A stretch of 64,000 nucleotides of DNA. It comes from Eledone cirrhosa (Eukaryota). Where the stretch lies: assembly GCA_964016885.1 (NCBI GenBank), contig OZ024755.1, forward strand, positions 17,856,001 through 17,920,000. The letters run 5' to 3'. The translations under genes and the position numbers were made by a program. Below, in pieces: positions 1 through 11,563 of this stretch. The notes under the pieces are model-generated. The model was not told where the DNA came from, ran no database searches, and was given only the letters and a program-made list of their open reading frames with translations. Within the stretch, counting starts at the first letter, position 1; each line of letters opens with the position of its first letter.

Positions 1-190
1 GTCAAAAATCTAAACCCCATTTATAAGCCAAGGCAGCTAATCAACACAATGTTTAGATAGTGTATATAAGCCGATCCTCACCACCACCACACCATTTTAC
101 TATTGATTATTTAATCACATATTCCTCGGCTTATATTCGAGTTTATATGATAAGTAAAGTTATTCCACATGCCAACACCATAAACGAAAG

Positions 191-417
191 TTAACCCTTT
201 AGCATTTATATTACACTATATATACTATTGTATTTTCACTGTAAAGGCTTTACCTCACATAATATTTTACATAATATCGAATCTATGAGATTTTGATATT
301 ATTTATTTTGAAAACAATACCTTAATGTCAGTATGACTGGCTGATTATGGCCAGTTTGAACAGAAGAGGTGAGAGAATTCTGGCTGGATATGGCCGGTTT
401 AAATGCTAAAGGGTTAA
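191..417 (+). mobile_element. piggyBac-like MITE, family 1
   Basis: TTAA TSD with TIRs CCCTTTAGCATTTA / TAAATGCTAAAGGG; multiple copies in the window. Confidence 0.85.
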
Positions 418-1254
418 GGGTCTGTCTACCTCATGTTGGCAGTGGACAGAATGGTGATGCTTCTTAGGAAGGTCTGTAAAAACAGAATGTATGAGAAAGA
501 TGTATTCACCTGCCCAGTCAAACTTGAGAACATGACAACTAGTTTAACCCATGGAAGCACAGAAAACAATTGTTTTTCATAATCGACTGGCTATTGTTAT
601 AATGTAGTAAATACAAAGCATTGCGAGATATGTAATAAAAGACCAATAATTTTCAATGTGATTGAAAAATACAAAGGGCAAATGATGACAAATAAAACAA
701 AACAGAGTATAGACACTTGACACATGAGTATTTCAGACACATAGGCAAGTTAAGGGAGAACAACATCGATCATTTGTTTTGTTTTAAACTGTTTCAGCTC
801 TACATTTGAAAAGAGGGTATTAGCTCCGAAATATCATGTTGAAATACACTGTAAAACATTACTTTGTATTGTTTTATTTGTCATCATTTGCCCTTCATAT
901 TTTTCTAGTGCATTGTACCGGCTTTTTTTTAAATGATTTGTCTTTTATTATTATTATTATTATAGTCACTTGTGTTGGGACAACTACATTCCAAATTTCG
1001 AATATTTCCTAATGTTTCATAACTGAACAAATTGTTTAACTGAACAAAGATATTCTTCCATAACATTATTTTTAAAAATCTAAATATCAATCATGTTCCC
1101 GTAACTGATAGAGCAAGTTGTTGGTAGGGGCCACTCTAGAGACTTTCGTAGACAGCTGTTGCTACTGGTCTCTATTCCTCGTCATGCCTAGAAGGTTCTC
1201 AGTGTTATTTAAACATAAATACTTTAAAAATAAGATGTTTGTCGTGATAGAATA

Positions 1255-1746
1255 AAGATGGTTTTGTGTGAGTTGGTATCAAACGATGGTTTGGGGTTGG
1301 TATCAAACGATGGTTTGGGGTTGGTATCAAAAGATGGTTTGGGGTTGGTATCAAAAGATGGTTTGGGGTTGGTATCAAAAGATGGTTTGGGGTTGGTATC
1401 AAAAGATGGTTTGGGGTTGGTATCAAAAGATGGTTTTGTGTGAGTTGGTATCAAACGATGGTTTGGGGTTGGTATCAAAAGATGGTTTGGGGTTGGTATC
1501 AAAAGATGGTTTGGGGTTGGTATCAAAAGATGGTTTGGGGTTGGTATCAAAAGATGGTTTTGGGTTGGTATCAAAAGATGGTTTGGGGTTGGTATCAAAA
1601 GATGGTTTGGGGTTGGTATCAAAAGATGGTTTTGAGTTGGTATCAAACGATGGTTTTGAGTTGGTATCAAACGATGGTTTTGAGTTGGTATCAAAAGATG
1701 GTTTGGGGTTGGTATCAAAAGATGGTTTGGGGTTGGTATCAAAAGG
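1255..1746. repeat. 24-bp minisatellite (TTGGTATCAAAAGATGGTTTGGGG), about 20 units
   Basis: Directly visible; 28-bp variant units near 1262 and 1434. Confidence 0.95.
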
Positions 1747-1937
1747 ATTACACTTTATATACTTTTATATTTTCATTTGATTATCTCACACAATATAAAA
1801 TCTATGAGATTTTGATATTATTTATTTTCAGGACAATACATTAACATCAGTATGAGTGGCTGGTTACAGCCAGTTTGATCAGAAAGAAGTGAGAGAATTC
1901 TGGACGGGTATGGCTGGTTTAAATGCTAAAGGGTTAA
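1747..1937 (+). mobile_element. piggyBac-like MITE family 1, 5'-truncated
   Basis: Matches 210-417 and ends ...GCTAAAGGGTTAA. Confidence 0.75.
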
Positions 1938-2335
1938 GCAATCTTAAATGAAATCTAAACAAGAAAGAAAACCAATATAAGATACTTACATGATCTTGAT
2001 TTCTAAGTCGATCAGTATGTGTATATCCTTTCATAGTTGTGCTTTCTAGCTGTATTTTTTACATAAATAACCAAAATTCCTCTTTGTATTTAAACCTGTG
2101 TATATTTTTCTTCTTTCAGGCAGCAAATTGGCAGAGTTGTTAGAATGTCAGATATAATGCTTTGCGGCATCCATTCCAACCGTCTGCTCTCTGAGTTCAA
2201 ATCTCGTTCAGGTCAACTTTTTCTTTCATCTATTCAAGGTTGATAAAAAAAGAAAGCTCCCCTCAAAGGTAGAAGACCAGGCAAGCTGTTTTGTGCGAAT
2301 ACAAATACATATGTCAGTCTGTGTGTATACGTATG

Positions 2336-2378
<43 letters not shown>

Positions 2379-3479
2379 GTCTGTGTATGTATGTTCGTTG
2401 TTTGTCCTCTCTGTTAATTTTCCTAAGTTTATCATTAATAATCTGTGACATACGTGTTATCTCTTCTCCCCCTTAATTTAAATGGCTTACATTTTTTAAC
2501 ACGATATCTTACTTACTTACTTCTTGCTTTTTTTTCTTCCTTTTCTTCTTTTCTTTTCCTTTGTTTCATTCCCGAAGCTTTCGTGCTATAAGAATCACCA
2601 CACTTTTCCCTGACATCACATAAAATTTCACGTGTACTTGTTATAGTTTAATTGCTATAAATTGATGTTTTATCTCTTGACTCTTACTCCACTGGACAGC
2701 TTTTGGTTTGTGTTAGATACTGTGACCCCGGATAGACCAGGAGTATTGTTGGTAGGGGTCGAAACTGCCAAAGTCCATCTCAATGGCCTATGACTCTGGA
2801 GTTCTGTGTCTTTTGTTTGTATTTTTTAAAAAACAATTTTTTAAGGTGAACCATAAAAAATTGTTTTTCGTTTTGTCTTGTTTTCGTTCGTTGTCTTGGC
2901 CTCTCTGTTAATTTTCCTAAGTTTATCATATATATATATATGTGTGTGTGTGTGAATTTCGTATATCCAAAGAAATGCGGTATGTTTATAAATAAACATT
3001 CTGTAAACCATAGCTATGAATATAATACTGGTGGTCAGCGCTGCCAAGCAGCGGAGATAAATTCTATTTATATATATATATATATATATAATTAGAATTT
3101 ATCTTATATAATGATGATGATGTTGCGTGTGTGTGTATGTATATATATGTATATATGTGTGTGTGTATGTATATATATATATATATGTGTGTCTTTGTCT
3201 ATGTCTTTGTTTACTGTTTGTTTATGTTGTGTAACTTAGCAGTTTGATATTAAAAAAAAAAAAAAAGTTCAATGAAATAAGTTCCAGATGTGACAAAACA
3301 AACTGTGTCCCGAAGTCAACAGAATCGGCTTTAAGGTAGTACTCCAGCATGGCCACAGTCTATAGCAAATGGTGATTTTGGTGACTTTAAGAAGCAGCTT
3401 CTCCATGGTTCCTAAACTGAATATATACAACCAACTTTTGTACTTCTCAGACAGGTTTATACTTAGATTGTATATCTAC

Positions 3480-4150
3480 ATGTACACACATGAGAATGCA
3501 TAAAAATATATACATTAATATACATACATCAAACTACATACATACATATACACACATCAAACTACATACATATACACACATCAAACTACATACATACATA
3601 TACACACATCAAACTTCATACATACATATACACATATCAAACTACATACATACATCACAAATACATACATAGATATACATACATCACAAATACATATATA
3701 CATACATAGATATACATACATCACAAATACATATATACACACATACACCACAAATACATATATACTTGAAAATACACTCATACATATATACATCAAACTA
3801 CACACATACATATATATACATATACCACACACACACACACAGGCAAACATTCATACATCCATTTACATACACATTCACACACACACATTCATATACACAT
3901 TTATATACACATTTACATACACACACATTCATATACACATTCACATGTACACACATTCACACACTTATGTTTAAGGATTAATTTTCATGTTTTTATGTAC
4001 AAGTTTCTTAGTGTATGAGTGTATACATATTTCAGTGTGTGTGTATGTGTGAAGGTGTATGCAATAGGTATGTATGTATGTGTATGCAATAGGTATGTGC
4101 ATGCCTGAAGGTGTATAAAATATGTATGCTTTTTTGTGTGTGTATATATA

Positions 4151-4201
<51 letters not shown>

Positions 4202-4232
4202 GTGTATATATATATATATGTATATATGTATA

Positions 4233-4263
<31 letters not shown>

Positions 4264-4350
4264 GTGTGTATATATATATATATATGTATATATATGTGTA
4301 TGTATATATATATATATATGTGTATATATATATATGTGTGTATATATATG

Positions 4351-4381
<31 letters not shown>

Positions 4382-4388
4382 GTGTGTG

Positions 4389-4427
<39 letters not shown>

Positions 4428-4451
4428 GTATATATATGTATATATATATAC

Positions 4452-4507
<56 letters not shown>

Positions 4508-4625
4508 ATGTGTAGGTGTGTGCAATAGGTATACATGTATATATGTGAGTGTGTGTGTGTGGAGGTACGCAAGAGGTACGCCTACTTTTGTGTGTGTGTG
4601 TGTGTATGTATATATGTATGTGTGA
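3480..4625. repeat. compound (CA/TA)n and (TG/TA)n microsatellite block
   Basis: Directly visible; similar blocks at 6280-6720, 7675-7900, 36410-36470, 52050-52100 and 58980-59145. Confidence 0.95.
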
Positions 4626-5539
4626 GAATCTGGGAGGTGTTGCAGCATGTATTAGTTCCAAGCATTATACCAATACCTTCAAAACCAATTATTATAATAG
4701 TTTTTACCTGGCAACTGAACTAAATTGATAGCAAACACTTGAACAGTTCTTAGCAAGCTAAAAATCTTAAACCTCGCTAGGAATTTTATTTAAAACACAC
4801 AGGCCTGTGTATAAACACACATATATACTCTTCGCCATCTCAACACATAAATATATTTGTGTGTATCATCATCATCATCATCATCGTTTAACGTCCATCT
4901 TCCACACTTGCATGGGTTTGGACGGGAGTTTTCCCACTTGAGGCAAGAGTGGTTGTCTTGCTCGCATAGGACTGTCTGGCGGGTTTTCTACGGCTGGGTG
5001 CCCTTCCTAACACCAACCACGTTTACAGTGTGGACTGGGAGGTTTTTACCGTGTTGCCTACATGGCCACATTACACCGTGGACCTTGTGTTTTTTTGTCG
5101 TGACACCTACACGACCTCATTTGTTTCGGACTGGATGTTGTGGTACCAACATAACTTTACATTGAAAGGGGTGGTGTGGATGGGGTGGGGGTAGTGGGAC
5201 GGGGGTGTATTTTGTTAGAGGTGCCTACTGACTGTAGTAGGTTTCACTTTGTACTTAGGTAGGGCGGGTCTTCTGTATTACTGTGTATGTACATGTGTAT
5301 GTACATGTGTATGTGTGAGTATATATATGTATCATCATCATCACCGTTTAACATCCACCCACCTTCCACACTAATATGGGTTAGATGGGTTGTCCCATTT
5401 GAGGCAGGTTGGGTCAGGTGGTGACCGTATCCTGATCATACAGAACTGTTTCTGGCTTGATTTCTACAGCTGGATGCCTTTCCTAATGCCAACCACATTA
5501 ACAGTGTCTGGTGGGTGCTTTTTGGAATGACACATACAT

Positions 5540-5874
5540 GGAGGCACATGGCTTAGTGGTTAGAGCATTGGCCTTGCAATCGAAAGGTTGTGAGTTCAAT
5601 TCTCTGACTGGCTGATGTGTTGTTTCCTTGAGCAAGACACTTTATTTCACATTGCTCCAGTTTACTCAGCTGTAGAAATGAGATGATAGGGACTGGGGTC
5701 CCTATCATTCCACTGCAAAGTGGTCGTGGAGGTGCCACGGCAAAAAAACACCCAGCCCACACTGTAAATGAGGTTGGTGTTAGGAAGGGCATCCAGCTGT
5801 AGAAATCAAGCCAGAATCAGTTCCCGTCCCACCCTTGCAAGCAGGGAAAAGCGGACGTAAAATGATGATGATGA
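5540..5874 (+). mobile_element. tRNA-headed, CORE-like SINE with an RTE-type (TGA)n tail
   Basis: A box TGGCTTAGTGG, B-box-like GAGTTCAATTC, CCTTGAGCAAGACACTT core; near-identical copies elsewhere in the window. Confidence 0.8.
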
Positions 5875-5926
5875 ACACCACTTTAAAGTGTGGACTGGGT
5901 GCTTTTTGTCGTGACACCTTATATAC

Positions 5927-5986
<60 letters not shown>

Positions 5987-6030
5987 TGACGAAACATAAG
6001 TCAATTGCATGAACTCATAATCCTTTATTT

Positions 6031-6086
6031 ACTGCTATATATATTTCGATGATAGCCATTGAATGGCTATGACCTCATCAGGTAGT
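6031..6086 (-). ncRNA. minimal type-I hammerhead ribozyme, Penelope-like
   Basis: Minus strand reads ACUAC CUGAUGA [GGUCAUAGCCAU UCA AUGGCUAUCAUC] GAAA UAUAUA UA GCAGU, then AAUAAA; the full catalytic core is present. Confidence 0.7.
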
Positions 6087-6439
6087 TAGTCAGTTCTTAG
6101 ATATGCCAGCTCTGTGTTTAGAGTGTTGATGGTATCAGAGCCTTGGGACATATAAACTGTAGTATAAGTTTGGTAGAAATATCGAAGAGTAAGAGCACTC
6201 AGTCTATTCAGCCTGAATGAGTTGGGGTGTGTAACCCAAAGAAACTTAAGTACCACCTGTATATGTCATTGTTGTAACTAATTATATATATACACACACA
6301 CACATATATATACATATACATATATATATACACACATATATACATATGTATATATATGTACATATATATATATATACCCATGCAAGCGTGGAACATGGAC
6401 GTTAAACGATGATGATGATGATGATGATGATGATGATAC

Positions 6440-6478
<39 letters not shown>

Positions 6479-6519
6479 CACATACATACATATATATATA
6501 TACACATACATATATATAT

Positions 6520-6554
<35 letters not shown>

Positions 6555-6625
6555 CACACATATATATAAATATATACATACATACACACACATATATATA
6601 TACACACACACACATATATATATAT

Positions 6626-6674
<49 letters not shown>

Positions 6675-6683
6675 TATACACAC

Positions 6684-6716
<33 letters not shown>

Positions 6717-7670
6717 TATATCATCATCATCAACGTTTAACGTCCGTGTTCCACGCTTGGACGGGGGTTTTCCCACTTGAGGCAAGAGTGATTTATCTTG
6801 CTCGCATAGGACATCTACCTGTTTATGGTAAGGCCAATAACACTATTTGAACTTCTACTGGGTGTATTTATCACATTTATTGTCAGCATGATAAACGCAC
6901 CCAGTACACTGTATAAGTGGTTGGTGATAGGAAGGACATCCAACCATAGAAAACCTTCCAAAGAAAGGGTTGGCAGACCCTTTCATCTAACCTCGCTAGT
7001 GTTGGTGATTTACACAATAAATACACCTAGTACACTCTATTATAATTCTGGTGGTTATTGTGGTTGTGGTGAAGGTACATGGCTTAGTGTTTAGAGCATT
7101 GGGCTTGCAATCGATTCTCGGACCGGGTGATGTGTTGTGTTCTTGAGCAAGACATTTTATTTCATGTTGCTCCAGTTTACTCAGAAGAAATGAGTTGCGA
7201 CGTCACTGGTGCCAAGCTGTATCAGCCATAGCTTTTCCCTTGGACAACATCAGCGGTGTGGAGAGGGGAGGCTGGTATGCATGGGTAACTGCTGGTCCCC
7301 CACAAACAACCTTGCCTGGATTTGTGCCTTGGAGGGAAACTTTGTAGGTGCAAATCCCATGGTCATTCGTAACCAAAGGCGGGGGGGGGGGGTCTTTACC
7401 CCTTGTGGTTGTTGTGGTCTTTACCCCTCCTGTTATAGCAGTGGTTGTCATTTAGTCATTTCTCACAGTAGGTTGGTTTGGTCGGTCAAGCAGTTGAGTC
7501 ATGATTACATTATATCTGAGCACCTTAGAAGAATTAGGATCCTTGCTATGAGTAGCTCTGCAACCAACTAAGAATAAAACGTAATGGACCTCTCTTGGCT
7601 TCAACAATGAGTGTTTTGGTTGTCTGGTTGTTTTGGTGTTTTGGCCCCTTCTCTCTCTTTCTGCTTTGCT

Positions 7671-7724
<54 letters not shown>

Positions 7725-7819
7725 CAAAGCTCTTTCATCACACATTCTGTGACTTCCTCAGTGATTAGGTTTTTATTTTGTGTCTCCTTTACAGAGGTCC
7801 TACACCATCTTGTTTTTGT

Positions 7820-7903
<84 letters not shown>

Positions 7904-9315
7904 TTCGAAATTATTTGAAAAATCATCAGCAATGGATTTCATTAGAAATATGGTAACAAAAGGATTAATGTATCTCTCTTCTTAGAAGTAACTCAAAAAA
8001 TTTGTTCTTGGCTTTTGAGAGGAAATAGTTTTGTTTTGTTTCAAATAAAGATAAAAGTTCACAAAATGTCTTGCTCAGCCTTATACTCTAGGCAGAATGG
8101 TATCTGTTGAATCACAAACAGGTTCTGCTTATATCAGATTAATGGCCAGTTCTGACTTTCTATTGTGTCACCTGAATAACTTATAACCTTTTATATCCTC
8201 CATTTTATGTCTTCTCATGTTGTTAACTATTCCAGTGCAGCTGTTGAATTTAAAATAGAGATTTCAACAGATATTTTGTGAACTCACTGTTTGAATTGAT
8301 TGCCCAATAGTGCTGTTTCCCTACATATAGACTGTATTATACTCACATGGAATTATTTCCATTAGTTATCTGTCATTCCTACTGCAAATATCTACACCTA
8401 CACACATTTACACAATACACACACACACATATATATATATATATAGTAATAATAAATACAAGACCAAAATCCAAAGAGGGCTTAATAAGGATTGTATATG
8501 TATATAATATAAACCCATAGAGCAGATACTTATTATTAGTACAGATTCAAGTTTAAACAAAGAATTCTTGCTTTCACCCTATACAGGATTTTCTGAAACT
8601 GTGCTCAGGGCTTTCTTGATGATTTCCTTTGAATGAAACAGTTCTAGTCCTGTAGAAGCCATTTCTATATTACAATTGTTATATATATATAATGATAGCC
8701 AGAAGATCACTGATGATGGATAGTCCTGGTTCTTTCTCTATTTTTTATTTCACTTGTATCACATTCGTAACAATGCAGCACACCATTTTTCATTCATATA
8801 TATTTTTTCCCTCTGCTGTGACCTGTCTGTTTCTATTACCTTACTGTTATCCTCTTTCTCTCTCCCCCTTCTCTCTCCTTGTATCTCTTACTTTCATTCA
8901 CCCCCTCTGCTGGTCACCCTCTCTCGGCTGGCCTCTTCCTCACACTTTCACCCACTCTCTGCTACTCCCCCTCTCTCACTTCCTCCCGTCTGACCTGTGT
9001 GAAATGCTTTTCTCGCTCACATTTCGCTAGGTTTGGATGCGTCTGTTCTTCTCGTCATTGATTTGCTAGAACTTAAGTTCACAATGTATCACTGACTTGT
9101 TCTCTCATCTTCCTCTCTTTACGTTGCCTTCCCATTCTGTTTGTTTACATGTCTCTCTTTCTCCACCCAATTCTTTTTATCCCAATAACTTATTTTATTT
9201 ATTGCTCGCACTGTCTTGAGGTATCTGGTCTTTAATGTGAAGAAATACCGATGATAGCCAGAAGATCACTGATGATGGATAGTCCTGGTTCGCAACAACG
9301 CAGCACGCCATTTTT

Positions 9316-9348
<33 letters not shown>

Positions 9349-10375
9349 GCGGTGCCCCAGCATGGCCTCAGCCGGATGGCTGAAACAGGTAAAAGAGTAA
9401 AATATACATCTTTTATTGTGTAGCTCACCAACACTAGAGACATTATCATATTTTTGACACAGCAGATATGTACATATATGTAAAGTGGTCATGTAGATGT
9501 CACAACAAAAAGCGCCAGTCCACACTGTAAATCTGGTTGACATTAGGAAGGGCATCTGGTCATAGAAACCAAGCCAAAATCAGTTCTGTGATGAAACACA
9601 GTCCCCCAACCTGATCACTCACAAAGGGCAGTCCGTCCTAACCATGCTAGCATGGAAAATGGATGTTAAACGATGACGATGATGATGATGATATGAAATA
9701 GGTGAATTCCTTATACATATCAAGCGGTATCCACAGTTAAAAAAGGTACTCAATATGTTAGTAGAGATTAGGCATCTTTATTATCTTTTTTATACAGGAC
9801 TAGAACTGTTCCATGCGTAAGTTTCCTGATGATTTCTTACGACTGAAACAGTTCTGATCCAGTTACTCTCTCTGTCTTTTGTTCAACTCCCCATTACCAC
9901 CCCTTAACATCTCACTATCCTCTTTCCTATCTCTTCACCCACCCCTCTCTATCGAGCACATCAGATTTTGAGTTGAACCCTCTCTCCCCATTAGCAACAT
10001 TCCTTCTTCCAGGGTTGATAAAATAAGTACCCCTTAAGTACTCAATCCATATAATTAACTACCTCCTTTCCAGTTTGTAACTTTGCATCCATGTCAGAAA
10101 TCATTATTACACCCAAAGTTCAAATCCCGCCGAGGTTGACTTTGCCTTTCATCCTTACAGGGTCGATAAAATAAAGTACCAGTAATGCACTGGGTAATTG
10201 CTGGCCTTGTGCTAAAGTAGAAACAATTATTACACCCAAAGCAGTGGATTAGCAGTATTGGTAGAGCTTCGGACGCCATGCTTTGCAGCATAGAGTTATG
10301 GCCCTTTATAGTCTGAGTTCAAATTCTGCCAAGGTTAACTTTGGCCTTCTTTGGAGTAGGTGAGGAGAGGTGCTT

Positions 10376-11040
10376 TCACTGCATAGATTGTCTCTTTGTC
10401 TCTGGCTTAAAGTGATGAACCCAACACTCATCTTGGGTTAGGAAACATCCAAGAACACCAGCTGGATCTGCCTCAAACAATGTCAGATTTTCTTGTGATG
10501 TAATCAGCCTGGGGCGCTTTTGATCAGGTGTCAAAAAGTGGAAACCTTTGTCAGGCCATAATATTCTCCACTCTCTCACGAGATATGCTAATAGCATTGG
10601 CTATTTGATTTATAGTCAATTGCCTGTCATCCATCACCATGTGGTGAACACGATCAATTTTTTCATCAGTGGTGACAATTGCAGAATGTCCAGAACTTGG
10701 GGTCACCTTCAAGATTCTCCCTCCTCTCCTAAATTCAGCTGCCCGCTTTTGCACTGCTGATAAAGCTGGAGTATCATCGCCTAATGTAGCAACCACGTCA
10801 GCATGAATGTCCTTGGAGGTTAAACCTTTTTTATGCAGGTAACTGGTATTACCACCATGCCAAATTTTGTTCATTTTCAAGAGAAGTGACTACTTGTTAC
10901 TTTTGAAGTCTTCTTTAAACAGTCAGATGTCAGGTTACCTGGGAGTAAACAATTCAGTTATTAATAAGAAGAGTTGAAATTAATGCATGCAAGATTTCAC
11001 AGCTCTAGCATCACTCCTTCATAGTCAGCTTGCCCTCGTA
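10376..11040 (-). mobile_element. 5' half of a decayed mariner transposon (transposase pseudogene)
   Basis: Frameshifted ORFs: HTH region (KGLTSKDIHAD...DRQLTINQIA), then LTPDQK...TQDECWVHHFKPETKRQSMQ with the first catalytic Asp. The end reads TACGAGGG on the minus strand. Confidence 0.9.
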
Positions 11041-11059
11041 TGTATAACGGAAGTACTGC

Positions 11060-11302
11060 GTATTGATATTAAAGAGAGAGAGAAAATAAACAATAGTAAA
11101 ATTTACTACTACATTACAAACTATTACGACTACTTCTTCCGCTGCACTCAGCAACAAGCATACACGAAACACGTGTTTTTGACAGATAAACTGTATTGAA
11201 AACGACTCACGCTTTCATTTTTACTAACAGTCACATGATACAAATAACTGGGACTATTATCTTCTAACACAGGAGAGGTTGAACACTGACGATCTATACA
11301 GA
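11060..11302 (+). promoter_or_regulatory. putative sortilin proximal promoter / 5' UTR
   Basis: Locally CpG-enriched unique DNA before the ATG, with CTTCCG (ETS-like), CACGTG at 11170-11175 and GTCACATGA at 11230-11238. Confidence 0.45.
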
Positions 11303-11563
11303 ATGGCGTCGTGGCTGCTATCTCTTCACTTTACATCACCTTATCAACGATTCTTTCTCTTTCTACTGGTTTTTCTTGTCTATAATAACCAAGCAATAGC
11401 TCGGGAAGTTATTCATATGGAAAAGAGAGACATTTCTGCCATAAAAACAGAGCATAGTAAATCACAAACACGATTCAAACGCAATGTTGATTATGTGTGT
11501 CAGCAACAAGAAGCAAATTTCTTGCAAGATTTGAAGCATAATAATATTACTATACATAAAGAG
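11303..11563 (+). CDS. SORT1: sortilin exon 1 (signal peptide, propeptide, RFKR)
   Basis: MASWLLS...FFLFLLVFLV...TRFKRNVDYVC...TIHKE, donor GAG|GTGTGT, phase 0. Confidence 0.85.

Noticed and set aside
1255-1746. CRISPR-like appearance of the tandem arrays (also 30111-30862 and 59477-59617)
   Set aside because: No unique spacers and no cas genes; eukaryotic context.
1205-1844. Repetitive ORFs (IPTPNHLL, GLGLVSKD, WYQKMVWG)
   Set aside because: Open in several frames on both strands only because the 24-bp unit lacks stops; the unit derives from a transposon terminus.
3490-4723. YI/HT/VC-rich ORFs (also 6208-6785 and 58814-59202)
   Set aside because: Translations of (TA)n, (CA)n and (TG)n microsatellites.
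5545-5612. tRNA-like sequence with A/B boxes
   Set aside because: It continues directly into a SINE body in many copies and has no proper acceptor stem; a SINE head, not a tRNA gene.
5553-5792. Recurrent ORF 'PRPLCSGMIGTPVPIISFLQLSKLEQCEIKCLAQG' (also 18762, 24449, 52021)
   Set aside because: Antisense translation of the same SINE, not a gene family.
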